Shown here: piece by piece, positions 1 through 10,607 of the stretch
How positions within the stretch are numbered: the stretch's first letter is position 1
Layout of the letters: every line of letters begins with the position of its first letter
NCBI GenBank assembly: GCA_903869725.1
Contig: CAIQAD010000038.1
Span: forward strand, 11,101 to 75,100
Direction: 5' to 3'
Origin: an uncultured Alphaproteobacteria bacterium
GTDB lineage: Bacteria > Pseudomonadota > Alphaproteobacteria > Pelagibacterales > Pelagibacteraceae
DNA length: 64,000 nt
Program-made: the position numbers and the translations under genes
The notes under the pieces: generated by a model
What the model was told of the DNA's origin: nothing
Database searches by the model: none
Seen by the model: only the letters and a program-made list of their open reading frames with translations

Positions 1-943
1 GTCCTTGTGGAAAGTTGTAAGTTCTTATTCTCTCAGAACGATCTCCTGTTCCTATTTGGCTTTTTCTAGTTTTTGCCCTTTCTTTTTCTTGTTCCATTCT
101 TTGTAATTCATAAAGTTTTGATCTTAATATTTTTAAAGCCTTAGCTTTATTCTTGTGCTGTGATTTTTCATCTTGCTGTGAAATAACAATACCGGACGGA
201 ATGTGAGTTACTCGAACTGCACTATCTGTTGTATTAACCGATTGGCCGCCTGGACCACTTGATCTAAAAACATCGATTCTTAAATCTGCATCATTAATTT
301 TAACATCAACTTCCTCAGCCTCAGGAAGCACAGCAACTGTTGCAGCAGATGTATGTATTCTACCCTGCGTTTCTGTATCTGGAACTCTCTGAACTCGGTG
401 TACACCCGATTCAAATTTTAATTTTGAGAAAACATTTCTTCCAACAATTGAAGCGATGATTTCTTTGTAACCGCCACCTTCACTTGAAGATAAATTAATT
501 ACTTCAACTCTCCAACCGTTTAATACAGCAACTTTTTGATACATATTAAATAGATCTGCTGCAAACAATGCTGCTTCCTGCCCGCCAGTACCAGCGCGTA
601 TTTCAATGATTGCGTTCTTTTCATCCGCTTCATCTTTTGGAAGCAAGAAAACTGTTAATTTTTTTACACACTCTTCCTCTTCTTTTTTTAAATCTTTTAA
701 TTCATTTTCGGCCATTTCATAAAATTCTTTATCAGTTGCCTTGTCTTCTAAAATTTTCTTGGTGCTTGCTAAATCTTGTAAGATTTTTAAATAAGATCTT
801 GCATGATTTATAATTTCACTAAGATTTGAATATTCTTTAGAGTTTTGAACAAACTCATCTTTTTTAAGATCTGGTTTTGCTAAAATAATTTCAAGCTCAT
901 TGAATCTGTTTACGATATACTCAACTTTATCTACGGGAATCAT
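1..943 (-). CDS. prfA: peptide chain release factor 1, 3' end cut by window edge
   Basis: Minus-strand ORF open to the window edge, so absent from the ORF track. My translation from the ATG at 943 is [18 protein letters not shown]... It contains the RF1-type recognition region [23 protein letters not shown] and the GGQ motif [26 protein letters not shown]. Confidence 0.9.
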   Translation of the reverse strand, partial: MIPVDKVEYIVNRFNELEIILAKPDLKKDEFVQNSKEYSNLSEIINHARSYLKILQDLASTKKILEDKATDKEFYEMAENELKDLKKEEEECVKKLTVFLLPKDEADEKNAIIEIRAGTGGQEAALFAADLFNMYQKVAVLNGWRVEVINLSSSEGGGYKEIIASIVGRNVFSKLKFESGVHRVQRVPDTETQGRIHTSAATVAVLPEAEEVDVKINDADLRIDVFRSSGPGGQSVNTTDSAVRVTHIPSGIVISQQDEKSQHKNKAKALKILRSKLYELQRMEQEKERAKTRKSQIGTGDRSERIRTYNFPQG

Positions 944-949
944 ACTTAA

Positions 950-2056
950 TTAATTAGATTGTGATCTGATTTGCTCTGCTTTTTTTTCAACTAAGCTTAC
1001 AATATGATCGACAATTTCTTCACTCGGTACTTTATGGTCTGCAAGTCCAGATAAGTAAATCATATTGTTTCCTTTACCTCCGCCTGTAAGACCAATATCT
1101 GTTTGAGAGGCTTCACCCGGTCCATTTACAACGCAGCCAATGATTGAAAGCGTTAAAGGTTCTTTAATGTGAGACAAACGTTTTTCTAATATTTCAACTG
1201 TTTTAATAACTTCAAACGCTTGACGCGCACAAGAAGGACATGAAATAATTTTAACACCTCTATTCTTTAAATTTAAACTTTTTAATATTTCTAAACCAGC
1301 TTTTACTTCATTTACTGGATCTGAGGATAAAGAAATTCTAATGGTATCACCAATTCCTTCGCTTAATAGCATTCCAATTCCAATTGAAGACTTAATGGTA
1401 CCTGCAAAATAACTGCCAGCCTCAGTAATCCCAAGATGCAATGGGTAATCACATTTTTTAGAAAGCTGCCTGTAAGCATTCACAGCTAAAAAAATATCAG
1501 AAGCCTTAACGCTTATTTTAAAATTAAAAAAATCTAAATCTTCTAAAATTTTAATATTTCTTTCAGCACTCTCAACTAAAGCTTCTGGACACGGTTCTTT
1601 ATATTTTTCTAATAAATCTTGCTCTATTGATCCTCCATTAACGCCAATTCTAATGGAACAATTATAATCTTTTGCAGCTTTTACAACTTCTTGCACTCTA
1701 TCTTTTGAACCAATGTTGCCAGGATTAATTCTAAGACAGCTAGCGCCAGCAATTGCAGCTTCTATTGCTCGTTTATAATGAAAATGAATATCAGCAACGA
1801 TTGGGGCATTTGCATGCTTAATTATTTCTTTTAAAGACTTAGTAGACTCTTCATCCGGGCAAGAAACTCTAACAATATCAGCTCCTGCTTCAACAATATC
1901 ATTAATCTGTTTTATTGTGCCTTTTACATCTGTAGTTAAAGTATTTGTCATAGATTGAACAGAGATAGGAGCGTCTCCACCAACTAAAATATTTCCAACT
2001 TTTATTTGTCGCGTTTTTCTTCTAGGAATTTCTCGAAAGGGTCTAATGGAACTCAT
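950..2056 (-). CDS. ispG: 4-hydroxy-3-methylbut-2-en-1-yl diphosphate synthase (MEP pathway)
   Basis: 368 aa. N-terminus [28 protein letters not shown] and the C-terminal Cys cluster ([18 protein letters not shown]) are typical IspG/GcpE. Confidence 0.95.
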   Translation of the reverse strand: MSSIRPFREIPRRKTRQIKVGNILVGGDAPISVQSMTNTLTTDVKGTIKQINDIVEAGADIVRVSCPDEESTKSLKEIIKHANAPIVADIHFHYKRAIEAAIAGASCLRINPGNIGSKDRVQEVVKAAKDYNCSIRIGVNGGSIEQDLLEKYKEPCPEALVESAERNIKILEDLDFFNFKISVKASDIFLAVNAYRQLSKKCDYPLHLGITEAGSYFAGTIKSSIGIGMLLSEGIGDTIRISLSSDPVNEVKAGLEILKSLNLKNRGVKIISCPSCARQAFEVIKTVEILEKRLSHIKEPLTLSIIGCVVNGPGEASQTDIGLTGGGKGNNMIYLSGLADHKVPSEEIVDHIVSLVEKKAEQIRSQSN

Positions 2057-2061
2057 AATAA

Positions 2062-3273
2062 TTAATCAAGATCAAAAGCTGAATGAATTGCAGCTACTGC
2101 TTTTTGTATTTGCTCTTCATTAATTAAAACGGATATTTTTATTTCTGACGTAGAAATAACCATAATATTAATTTTTTCTTTTGCTAGAGAATTAAACATT
2201 TTATAAGCAACTCCTGGATGAGTAATCATTCCAGCGCCTACAATTGAAACTTTTGAAACTTTATCATCATAATCAATTTTTTCACATTTTATTTCTTTAT
2301 TATTTTTAATAAGCTCGACTGATTTTTTCAAATCTTCTCTTTTAATTGTAAAAGTAACATCAGTTTTTTTATGATCAGATGATATATTTTGAACAATCAT
2401 ATCAACACTAATATTATTTTCATATAAAGGTTGAAAAATACTTGCTGCAATTCCAGGCCTATCTTCAACGCCTTGCAAAGTGATTTTTGCATCATCCTTA
2501 GAATAAGCAACTCCTGTTATTACTTTGTCGTAAGAAATTTTTTGATCATTTGTAATTTGAGTTCCTTCTTTATTTGAAAAAGTGGAACGAACATGAATTT
2601 CAACATCGTTCATCATTGCTTGCTGAACAGAATTACTTTGCATAACTTTTGCTCCTAAAGTTGCCATCTCAAGCATTTCCTCATATGAAATTTTATCAAT
2701 TTTTTTTGCTTTTGGATTAATATCTGGATTAGTCGTGTAAACTCCCTCAACATCTGTGTAAATCTCGCAGTAATCAGCGTTGATACATTTTGCAAGTGCT
2801 ACTGCAGAGGCGTCAGATCCGCCTCTTCCTAAAGTCGACAGTCTAAAATCTTTTGTAACACCTTGAAATCCAGGAATGACTGGCACCTCGCCTTTGTCTA
2901 AAGAAGCATTTAATTTTGAAGTTTCAACATATACGATTCTTGAATTCTTATGAGAACCTTCAGTGACAATAGGTAGCTGCCAACTTTGAAAAGATCTAGA
3001 TTTAATTGCAAGCTTTCTTAAAGCGCCTGCAAATAAAGTTGAGGTGACTTGTTCTCCGCTTGCAAGCAAAGCATCATATTCTTCTGCATTAAATTCTTGA
3101 TCAATTTCTTTTGATTTTTTTATAAGATCATTTGTAACGCCAGCCATTGCAGATACCACAACTGCTATTGTGTGACCTTCGTCAATTTTTTGCTTAATAA
3201 GTTTTGCGGCATTAATAATTCTTTCTGTATTTGCAACAGACGTTCCACCAAACTTAACTACAATTTTACTCAT
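2062..3273 (-). CDS. lysC: aspartate kinase
   Basis: 403 aa. The KFGGTSV N-terminus, [14 protein letters not shown] kinase core and C-terminal ACT-like repeats are typical of alphaproteobacterial monofunctional aspartokinase. Confidence 0.93.
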   Translation of the reverse strand: MSKIVVKFGGTSVANTERIINAAKLIKQKIDEGHTIAVVVSAMAGVTNDLIKKSKEIDQEFNAEEYDALLASGEQVTSTLFAGALRKLAIKSRSFQSWQLPIVTEGSHKNSRIVYVETSKLNASLDKGEVPVIPGFQGVTKDFRLSTLGRGGSDASAVALAKCINADYCEIYTDVEGVYTTNPDINPKAKKIDKISYEEMLEMATLGAKVMQSNSVQQAMMNDVEIHVRSTFSNKEGTQITNDQKISYDKVITGVAYSKDDAKITLQGVEDRPGIAASIFQPLYENNISVDMIVQNISSDHKKTDVTFTIKREDLKKSVELIKNNKEIKCEKIDYDDKVSKVSIVGAGMITHPGVAYKMFNSLAKEKINIMVISTSEIKISVLINEEQIQKAVAAIHSAFDLD

Positions 3274-3339
3274 GAATATTGAATTATAACTTAAAATTTA
3301 GATTTATAATTACTCCTATGTTAAATATTTCGCAACCAA

Positions 3340-4080
3340 ATGAATAACAATATTAAAAATAATCAAACAGATGATGAGAATGAAATAAAAAAATTCTCTG
3401 AAATGGCTTCGGAATGGTGGAACCCAAAAGGTAAATTTGCTCCTCTTCACCATTTTAACCCTGTGAGATTAGAATATTTTGTAAATCAAATTAAAAAACA
3501 TTTTTCAATTGCACCTGACAAACAATTTCCATTTAAAAATTTATCTATTCTAGATGTGGGTTGTGGTGGAGGTTTAATCTCTGAACCGATGGCAAGACTT
3601 GGAGGCAAAGTTACAGGTATTGATGCGTCTTTAAATAATATCAATGTTGCAAAATTTCATGCTAAAGAAATGAATTTAGAAATTAATTACTTAGACGTGA
3701 CTCCTGAAAAAATGACAAAATCTTATGATGTAATTTTATGTCTAGAAATTATTGAACATGTTGCTGATGTAGATTTTTTTATTAAGTCTTGTGAAAAATT
3801 GCTTAAAAAAAATGGCATCATTATCTTTTCAACACTTAATCGAACAATTAAATCATTTTTATTAGCAATTATAGGAGCTGAATATATTCTAAATTGGCTA
3901 CCTAAAGGCACACATAGTTATGATAAATTTTTAAAACCTGAAGAAATTATAACAAACGCTATAAAATATAATTTAAGTCTTAATGAAACGATGGGATTTG
4001 TTTACAATATTATCTTTAATGAATGGAGAAAAAGTAAAGATATAAGCGTTAACTACGCTTTAAGCTTTACAAAAAATTAA
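3340..4080 (+). CDS. ubiG: ubiquinone biosynthesis O-methyltransferase
   Basis: 246 aa. UbiG signature WWNPKGKFAPLHHFNPVRLEY plus SAM-binding motif ILDVGCGGGLISE. Confidence 0.9.
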   Translation: MNNNIKNNQTDDENEIKKFSEMASEWWNPKGKFAPLHHFNPVRLEYFVNQIKKHFSIAPDKQFPFKNLSILDVGCGGGLISEPMARLGGKVTGIDASLNNINVAKFHAKEMNLEINYLDVTPEKMTKSYDVILCLEIIEHVADVDFFIKSCEKLLKKNGIIIFSTLNRTIKSFLLAIIGAEYILNWLPKGTHSYDKFLKPEEIITNAIKYNLSLNETMGFVYNIIFNEWRKSKDISVNYALSFTKN

Positions 4081-4511
4081 GCGTTTTCTTTTTCAACCCA
4101 GGGGATTGTCTGAACTTCTATTCCCTCTTCCTTTAACTCGTTAGTTTGTTCTAGACTTGCAGTTCCATAAATATTTCGTTTTTTTTTTTTGTCATAATGA
4201 ATTGCTCTAACTTCAGATACAAATTTATCTCCAACATATTCTACGTTTTTTTCAACATACTCTCTTAATTCTTTTAGCTTTGTTTTAACATTTTTAAGAA
4301 ACTCTTTTTTGTGATCTAAATTATGACTAACTGTATTTTTAGAAGATGTACCAATGCTAGGAGCCATTATACTTTTTTTAACTGTTTTGGTGCCACCACA
4401 AGCATAACAAGAAATCAAATTTTTTTTATGTAACTTGTCGTATTCAGAAGAACTCTGAAACCAGCTTTCAAATTGCTCACCACAAGAGCATTCTAGATTA
4501 TATTTAATCAT
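4077..4511 (-). CDS. DUF1178-family zinc-ribbon protein
   Basis: 144 aa. The N-terminus MIKYNLECSCGEQFESWFQSS...CYACGG matches the CxC...CxxC pattern of alphaproteobacterial DUF1178 proteins. Its stop overlaps the ubiG stop by 4 nt. Confidence 0.7.
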   Translation of the reverse strand: MIKYNLECSCGEQFESWFQSSSEYDKLHKKNLISCYACGGTKTVKKSIMAPSIGTSSKNTVSHNLDHKKEFLKNVKTKLKELREYVEKNVEYVGDKFVSEVRAIHYDKKKKRNIYGTASLEQTNELKEEGIEVQTIPWVEKENA

Positions 4512-4550
4512 TCTTTTTATATAAGAAGACTTAACTCGAACTTCAAATAT

Positions 4551-5105
4551 TTATTTTTTATTAAAAAATAGAATAACTTTGCCAATATTTATTCCAAATT
4601 TTGACATGCTAGCAATATTAATTAGATAAGTTTTGTCTTGCAAAAACATCCAATCATCGAAACTTACCTTATACTTTGATGAACCTACCGGAAGATCAAA
4701 ATCATATTTCCAATTGAATGCATTACCTGAGGTTGATCCGGCGGCCATGCCAATTACTCCTGGTGCAAATCCTTGATATTGATTATTTCCAATTTTTTCA
4801 ATTTTCCATTCTCTATAATCTTTTGTTCCATCATCATAAATAAAATCTTCTTTTAACACCAAGTATTTTCCGTCCCATGTTCCATGTATGTCAACTTTAA
4901 AGCTTTTTTTAATGTTACCAAATCTATCTTCAAAAACTCCTCTAGCTTCTGTATGACCGTTAAAATATTCTTCTAATTTTAATAACGGCTGTTTATTTTG
5001 AAATTGATCTAATTGCATAGTTGAACACTGTGTAACACTAAAAAAAACAAAAATAGCTAAAAAAATTCTTTTAAATCTATTTCCAAAATCCGTAATAATT
5101 TTCAT
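4551..5105 (-). CDS. DUF3833-like lipoprotein
   Basis: 184 aa. Signal/lipobox-like FFSVTQCS, then LKLEEYFNGHTEARGVFEDRFGNIKKSFKVDIHGTWDG, which resembles the DUF3833 family. The start overlaps the upstream NUDIX gene by 29 nt. Confidence 0.6.
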   Translation of the reverse strand: MKIITDFGNRFKRIFLAIFVFFSVTQCSTMQLDQFQNKQPLLKLEEYFNGHTEARGVFEDRFGNIKKSFKVDIHGTWDGKYLVLKEDFIYDDGTKDYREWKIEKIGNNQYQGFAPGVIGMAAGSTSGNAFNWKYDFDLPVGSSKYKVSFDDWMFLQDKTYLINIASMSKFGINIGKVILFFNKK

Positions 5106-5487
5106 CGATTTTTTTAATTAATCTAGTGTTAGCTGGTAAAAATTTAAACTTACCAAGTTCGTTTCTCTTTATCCAGTGTATTGTTTGTCGTTCTTTAGAT
5201 TTTATTTTTCCTCTCCATTTTTCGAGCAAATATATCATTATTACAATAATGCTCTTTTTGTAACGATGAGTAACAATGTCAATTTGTTTTAGATTATTAA
5301 TATCTATCTTAACGCCAATTTCTTCGAACAATTCTCGAGCTAGACATTGCTCAAAGCTTTCTGATGAGTAAAGTTTGCCCCCAGGTAATTCATAATAACC
5401 ACTTAAAAATTTATTTTTAGGTCTTGTAGCAATTAAAATTTTATTTTCTCTTTTTAAAATAGCAGAAGCTACAAATATAATTTTCAT
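5077..5487 (-). CDS. NUDIX hydrolase (MutT-like)
   Basis: 136 aa with a Nudix box GGKLYSSESFEQCLARELFEEIGV (GX5EX7REUXEEXGU). Confidence 0.85.
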   Translation of the reverse strand: MKIIFVASAILKRENKILIATRPKNKFLSGYYELPGGKLYSSESFEQCLARELFEEIGVKIDINNLKQIDIVTHRYKKSIIVIMIYLLEKWRGKIKSKERQTIHWIKRNELGKFKFLPANTRLIKKIDENYYGFWK

Positions 5488-5505
5488 AATTCATATTTAT
5501 CAAAC

Positions 5506-5534
5506 TTGACATTAAAACAATCGTTACCTATATC
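5506..5534 (+). promoter_or_regulatory. sigma70-like promoter candidate for the OYE reductase gene
   Basis: TTGACA (5506-5511), a 17-nt spacer, then TATATC (5529-5534), about 20 nt upstream of the ATG at 5555. Pattern match only, in AT-rich DNA. Confidence 0.4.
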
Positions 5535-5554
5535 AAGACAATCATATATCAAAC

Positions 5555-6661
5555 ATGACATCAATTCTCGATCCTCTACAATTAGGAAATTTAAAAATTA
5601 ATAATAGAATAATTATGGCTCCTCTAACCAGAATGAGAAGCAAGCAACCAGGTAATATTCCTTGGGAGTTAAATGCAACTTACTACGCACAAAGAGCAAG
5701 CGCTGGATTTATTATTACTGAAGCAACTCAAGTTTCTCAGCAAGCACAGGGGTATCCTGGGACTCCTGGCATCCATACTAAAGAACAAGTTCAAGGATGG
5801 AAATTAGTGACAGATGCAGTGCATAAAAAAAATGGACGTATTTTTTTACAACTTTGGCACGTTGGAAGAATTTCGCATTCTTCCCATCAACCTAATGGAA
5901 ATTTACCTGTGGCTCCTTCTGCAATTCCTGCAAAAAATTCGGGGACATACACTGCTGACTGGAAACCTACTGAAATTTTAACTCCTCGTGCTCTAGAAAT
6001 AAATGAAATTGATTTAATTGTTAAAGATTTTGAAAATGCTGCAAAAAATGCAAAAGAAGCAGGCTTTGATGGAGTCGAAGTTCATATGGCAAATGGTTAT
6101 TTGCTAGATCAATTCTTACAAGATGGCAGCAATAAAAGAACTGATGAATTTGGTGGCTCGATACAAAATAGAATTAAGTTTCCGCTTCAAGTTTTAGATG
6201 CAGTAATTAAAGTATGGGAAAATGATAAAGTCGGCGTTAGACTTTCTCCTTATGGAAAATTTAACGATATGAATGACTCTAATCCTATTCAATTATTTAA
6301 CTATGTTTTAGATGAGTTAAATAAAAGAAAAATTTTATATGTTCATATGATTGAACCAAGAGCAACTAATGCGGGTGGTAGCGACCAAGATGTTAAAGAT
6401 GGAAGTGCACCATCTACTTCAAAATTATTTAGAAAAAAATTCAATGGAATTTTTATATCTGCTGGTGGTTACGACATTAAAAACGCTAAACAAGTAATCG
6501 AAAGTAAGGAAGTTGATGCTGTCGCCTTTGGTAGAATTTTTATATCTAATCCAGATTTACCAAAAAGAATTGAATTAAATAAAGAACTTAATTCTTATAA
6601 ACGAGAAACTTTCTACGGGGGAACTGAAAAAGGATATACTGATTATCCCTTTTTATCTTAA
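5555..6661 (+). CDS. Old Yellow Enzyme family NADH:flavin oxidoreductase (N-ethylmaleimide reductase-like)
   Basis: 368 aa. OYE motifs MAPLTRMRS, GFDGVEVHMANGYLLDQFL and AVAFGRIFISNPDLP. Confidence 0.9.
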   Translation: MTSILDPLQLGNLKINNRIIMAPLTRMRSKQPGNIPWELNATYYAQRASAGFIITEATQVSQQAQGYPGTPGIHTKEQVQGWKLVTDAVHKKNGRIFLQLWHVGRISHSSHQPNGNLPVAPSAIPAKNSGTYTADWKPTEILTPRALEINEIDLIVKDFENAAKNAKEAGFDGVEVHMANGYLLDQFLQDGSNKRTDEFGGSIQNRIKFPLQVLDAVIKVWENDKVGVRLSPYGKFNDMNDSNPIQLFNYVLDELNKRKILYVHMIEPRATNAGGSDQDVKDGSAPSTSKLFRKKFNGIFISAGGYDIKNAKQVIESKEVDAVAFGRIFISNPDLPKRIELNKELNSYKRETFYGGTEKGYTDYPFLS

Positions 6662-6729
6662 AAATTTTATTTGTTTTGCTTAAATTATTGTCCTTCTATA
6701 ATCTAATCTTTAAATATTATAAAATATAA

Positions 6730-7155
6730 ATGCCTACTATTTTTAGCTACATCTTACTTACTATAATCACTATTTTTCCAGTTCTCAGTTTAGGAACAAT
6801 GATTTTTTTCACTTTTATATTAACGCCAACAATATTTAAGTTTTTACCTCAGGCTCATGCCGTTCCATTCGTTAGAAAATTATTTCCAATTTATTATATT
6901 TTCAATTCAATACTAATATTAGTTACAGTTCTTTCAATTGCATCGCTGCAGATATTTAATGCTATATTTTATGCAAATTTATTTGTTTTTACATTATTTT
7001 TAATTTGCCACTTTTATTTAATGCCCGCTATTAACAAAAACCAAGATAAAAAAAATAAACGACAATTTAAAATACTTCATGCTAGCTCAGTTGCTATAAA
7101 CTTTGTTCAAATCTTTATGTTGCTAGTGATCACTTACTGGCTATTCGATTATTAA
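6730..7155 (+). CDS. small 4-TM membrane protein (DUF4149/TMEM205-like)
   Basis: 141 aa with four hydrophobic segments. Resemblance to DUF4149 is by general pattern only. Confidence 0.5.
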   Translation: MPTIFSYILLTIITIFPVLSLGTMIFFTFILTPTIFKFLPQAHAVPFVRKLFPIYYIFNSILILVTVLSIASLQIFNAIFYANLFVFTLFLICHFYLMPAINKNQDKKNKRQFKILHASSVAINFVQIFMLLVITYWLFDY

Positions 7156-7156
7156 T

Positions 7157-7194
7157 TTCACCCTCACATAAAATATTATGCAAGGGTGAATTTT
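7157..7194. terminator. stem-loop between convergent genes
   Basis: ttcaccct (7157-7164) pairs with agggtgaa (7183-7190), an 8-bp stem followed by tttt. It lies between the stops of two convergent genes. Confidence 0.5.
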
Positions 7195-7206
7195 AAAATT
7201 TAAAGA

Positions 7207-7506
7207 TTACTGAGATGTGCAAGTTCTAGTTCTTGTGACTGTTCCGTCGGTGTTTTTAATTTCCGCCCAAGGACTGCATTTTTCTGTTTGACTAGTTTGA
7301 ATAACTGTATTTGTTGGTTGTTGAATTATAACAACATTAGGTTGTCTAGGTTGAGCTATTTCATAGCCAATGACTCCACCAACAATTGCTGGCACAACCC
7401 ACACCCATCCACCTCCTCGATATTCATAATGCCCATGATAATAAGGATGGGCGTAAGATGAAGATGCGATAATTAAAAATAATAGCGTTAAAAAAATTTT
7501 TTTCAT
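7207..7506 (-). CDS. secreted/membrane-anchored protein of unknown function
   Basis: 99 aa. Signal peptide MKKIFLTLLFLIIASSSYA, a His/Tyr-rich stretch HPYYHGHYEYRGGG, one hydrophobic helix and a C-terminal Cys pair. Confidence 0.5.
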   Translation of the reverse strand: MKKIFLTLLFLIIASSSYAHPYYHGHYEYRGGGWVWVVPAIVGGVIGYEIAQPRQPNVVIIQQPTNTVIQTSQTEKCSPWAEIKNTDGTVTRTRTCTSQ

Positions 7507-7568
7507 TTGTTTTTCCTTTCTAATTAATTGTTTGGAATTATTAAGTAAGATTGTGTTATTTTATAGAC

Positions 7569-9035
7569 CTAAGAAAGTCTTTTTTTTAAATATTTACAAC
7601 CTAAATAAGTAAATTCAGAAAATAACGGCATAAAAGTTCCAAAGAAAAAGGACCAAAATAATAAGGCATCACTAAGTATTGAACTAAAATTTTCTTTCTT
7701 AAAAAGGTATCCAACTAATATTGATTTAGAGTAATCTTCACTTGGAAACAGCAAGAGACCGACGATTAAGCCAGTTGATATAAATAATATTGACTTAAAA
7801 GCTGAAATTTTTTTCTGATATAATCCTTTAAAGACCACATAAGCACATGCACAACATAATAAATCAGCAATTAGAAATAAATACAAAACACTAAATTGAA
7901 ATAACACAATTAAATAACAAATAATAACAGCAATTATCACTGCAAGATTTGATAAATTTTTTTGTTTTTGAATATTTCTTATATTAAAAAAATCCTTTGA
8001 ATGAACAATTGTAAGACTTGAAATTGAATTTAACAATGAATCAACCGTGCTAATACAAAGACAAGTTGCAAAAATTAATATTACAAAAGATACAATTTGA
8101 TTATTTTTTTGAAGAACAATTGAAAAAAATGCAAGGTCTTGACTAAATTTTAGATGATTTAATTTTGCAATACTACCTGTTAAACCCATACAAAAAACAA
8201 TTAGGTAAATAATAAAAAAAGCAATTATCAAGCTTGTTACTAATACTTTATTATTTTTAGCAGCGTAAACTCTTTGCCAATTACCTTGATGAAATAAATT
8301 TGTAGCTGCAACAGCTATAAAAAAAACGTAACAATACTGTAAAGAATTAACTAACGATTTATTATCGAGTTGCAATAGTTCTTTGTGTAAAATATTTAAA
8401 TTAAGATGAAGATAATTTTTAAAAATAACTACATAAATTAAATAAAAAAATAATAATATTATTGTAATAAATTGAACATTGTCTGTTCGAATACTTGCTT
8501 TTAATCCACCTATCAAAACATAAGTTACAACACAACAAAGAATAATGCCTGAAGATATCCAGACTGAAAGTCCAGATATGTATTTTATTAATTCCGTAAT
8601 CGCCGTGACTTCTGCACACAGATAAATAAAAACGTAAAAAATCATCAAACAAAAAATAAATTTAAAAACATTGTTGCCAAATTTTTTAATAACTATTTCT
8701 GTTAATGATTTTCCTTGTGGGAATAACTGTCTCAATTGTTTGCCAAAAAAAATTAACAAAATCATTGTAAAAGAAGTGCCTAAAGCATAACCAACAATAG
8801 AGCCAAGACCACCATCAATTGCAGCAGTTGGTGGACCAAATAAAATCCAAGAACCTAGAGAAGACGCAACTAATGTGCAGGTTAATCTAATAACACCAAC
8901 ATTACGATCAGAAACTAAATAACTAGTAAGATTTAATTTTTTTTTTGAAAAAAGAGTTCCGATAAATAAAAATACTAAAGCAACAACTGAGGTTGAAATT
9001 AATCCTGAATTTTCAGAGATAAAATAATTATTCAT
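7569..9035 (-). CDS. thiV: sodium:solute symporter family transporter under TPP riboswitch control (thiamin-pyrimidine/HMP transporter candidate)
   Basis: 488 aa with about 13 TM segments and an SSS-like N-terminus. It sits directly behind a TPP riboswitch, the arrangement described for SAR11 thiV. Confidence 0.8.
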   Translation of the reverse strand: MNNYFISENSGLISTSVVALVFLFIGTLFSKKKLNLTSYLVSDRNVGVIRLTCTLVASSLGSWILFGPPTAAIDGGLGSIVGYALGTSFTMILLIFFGKQLRQLFPQGKSLTEIVIKKFGNNVFKFIFCLMIFYVFIYLCAEVTAITELIKYISGLSVWISSGIILCCVVTYVLIGGLKASIRTDNVQFITIILLFFYLIYVVIFKNYLHLNLNILHKELLQLDNKSLVNSLQYCYVFFIAVAATNLFHQGNWQRVYAAKNNKVLVTSLIIAFFIIYLIVFCMGLTGSIAKLNHLKFSQDLAFFSIVLQKNNQIVSFVILIFATCLCISTVDSLLNSISSLTIVHSKDFFNIRNIQKQKNLSNLAVIIAVIICYLIVLFQFSVLYLFLIADLLCCACAYVVFKGLYQKKISAFKSILFISTGLIVGLLLFPSEDYSKSILVGYLFKKENFSSILSDALLFWSFFFGTFMPLFSEFTYLGCKYLKKRLS

Positions 9036-9039
9036 AATT

Positions 9040-9115
9040 TTTTCCTAATTGCATTACCAATCAAGGTTCAAGGGTATAATCTCAGCCTTTTATTAAAGGC
9101 ACCCCTAAATTAATA
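9040..9115 (-). promoter_or_regulatory. TPP (THI-element) riboswitch
   Basis: Minus strand reads UAAUUUAGGGGUGCCUUUAAUAAAAGGCUGAGAUUAUACCCUUGAACCUUGAUUGGUAAUGCAAUUAGGAAAAAAUU-AUG. It carries the conserved GGGGUGC, CUGAGA, ACCC, UGAACCU-GAU and GUAAUGC blocks. P1 is UAAUU/AAUUA. The SD-like AGGAAA abuts the 3' side of P1, which fits translational control. Confidence 0.88.
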
Positions 9116-9166
9116 AGTGCTTGAATCTTACTTTAATTTTTTAAAAAGAAATATAAAATAAATTGA

Positions 9167-9194
9167 AACAGCGGAGAATAAATTCCCCGCTGTT
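9167..9194 (-). terminator. rho-independent terminator of the porin-like gene
   Basis: aacagcgg / ccgctgtt stem. On the minus strand it is followed by a T-rich tract, 20 nt downstream of the stop at 9217. Confidence 0.6.
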
Positions 9195-9216
9195 AATCTA
9201 GAATTATCTAATTTAA

Positions 9217-10011
9217 TTAAAACGTTTTTGAAGCGCTTAAATTGAAGTATTCTTTAGTATTTTTGCTAAGATTACTTAAAGTTTTATTATCTTTGCTAGC
9301 GTTAATGTAAGAAGCTCCAAAAGTGATATCATAAAACGATTTCGAAGCTGTTAATGTAAGTGTGTCAGTATCTTTTTCAAAAATACCATAACTTGCATTT
9401 GTTTGGAAAGTTCCAAAATCATAAGAAGCGTCTAACTCAAAATAATTTTTATCTATATATTTTTTTGGTTGTGCACTTAGATAACCGCCTGTATCATTAA
9501 TAGCATACTGGAAGCCTAAAGTATAAGGTTGCTTATCAGGAGCAAAACTTACTTTTGTGTAATATTCTCCGAAATTAGGATTTTCTGTTGCTTTTGATTT
9601 TGTGTAACTAGGATAGTTAACTGAAATATATCCAAGATCAACAGATACTGGACCAAATGCTCTTCTTAATCCAGCGTAGTAATCATTTTCCATATGAGCA
9701 CCCGCAACTGTAGGAGTACCCCCTTTTGTCATTGAGTCCCAGTTTCCAATAAATATATTTGTATCACCGATCAATGGTCTTACAAAATCAAAACCGCCAT
9801 TAACAGCAGGCTTTCCACCATTTTGTTCATAACCACGGAACACATAGTCACTGTTAACACCAAGGTTTAAAGTTAATGTTCCACCTGCCACATTAAATCC
9901 TGGACCAGATGGTGCCGGCGCTGCAGCTGGTGTTGCTGTTTGAGAAAATGCAGCTGTTGCAGAAAATAAAGATGCGCTTAAAGCTAGTGCTATAATTTTT
10001 TTATTTTTCAT
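9217..10011 (-). CDS. outer-membrane beta-barrel protein, TorF/Gcw_chp (TIGR02001)-like
   Basis: 264 aa. Signal peptide ending AAFSQ, then LTLNLGVNSDYVFRGYEQNGGKPAVNGGFDF (family hallmark), alternating beta-strand pattern and a C-terminal F. GC and codon usage are higher than in neighbouring genes. Confidence 0.75.
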   Translation of the reverse strand: MKNKKIIALALSASLFSATAAFSQTATPAAAPAPSGPGFNVAGGTLTLNLGVNSDYVFRGYEQNGGKPAVNGGFDFVRPLIGDTNIFIGNWDSMTKGGTPTVAGAHMENDYYAGLRRAFGPVSVDLGYISVNYPSYTKSKATENPNFGEYYTKVSFAPDKQPYTLGFQYAINDTGGYLSAQPKKYIDKNYFELDASYDFGTFQTNASYGIFEKDTDTLTLTASKSFYDITFGASYINASKDNKTLSNLSKNTKEYFNLSASKTF

Positions 10012-10148
10012 TTTATTAATTTGTTAAATTGTTATTGGGTGCTTAATAAATGAATCCTTTATTATTGGTAGGTCTATTATTGCATAGCAATGATGTTTTT
10101 TTGGCATGTTGCAATAATACAATTATGCGTTTAACACATAATGATTTA

Positions 10149-10607
10149 TCATAAGTAATTTAGTGGAAGACTGCTTGTTTGTTTAATTTCTTCCATAGAA
10201 AATGAGGTTGCAACAGCAAATATATCAATTTGATCGGTAAGCTTAGTATAAAATTTATTATATTCATCCATGGTAGGCACTAAAACCTTAAGTAAATAAT
10301 CTATATTTCCGCTTAATCTGTAAAATTCAACCACTTCAGGCATAGAATTTATAATATTTATAAATTTTTTTGCCCATTCCATATTATGCTTGTTTGTTCT
10401 AACTGATACAAAAGCTACAGTCTTAAGATTAAGTTTATTGCGATCTGCAACGGCGACTTTCTTTTTTATATAACCTTCTTTATATAGCTTATTAATTCTA
10501 GCCCAGCATGGGGTTGCTGAAAGGTTAACTTTTTTGGATAATTCAGCAATTGGAATATCGGCATTCTCTTGTAATTGAGATAATATTTTCTTATCTATTT
10601 CATTCAT
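10149..10607 (-). CDS. Lrp/AsnC family transcriptional regulator
   Basis: 152 aa. An N-terminal HTH (DKKILSQLQENADIPIAELSKKVNLSATPCWARINKL) and a C-terminal RAM/AsnC_trans_reg domain. Confidence 0.9.
   Translation of the reverse strand: MNEIDKKILSQLQENADIPIAELSKKVNLSATPCWARINKLYKEGYIKKKVAVADRNKLNLKTVAFVSVRTNKHNMEWAKKFINIINSMPEVVEFYRLSGNIDYLLKVLVPTMDEYNKFYTKLTDQIDIFAVATSFSMEEIKQTSSLPLNYL

Noticed and set aside
10074-10118. Imperfect palindrome around attgcatagcaat, and a nearby ttgcaataat, upstream of the porin-like gene as an Lrp or other operator
   Set aside because: The core is short (5-3-5) with mismatched extensions. Such palindromes are frequent in AT-rich spacers, and no second supporting copy was found.
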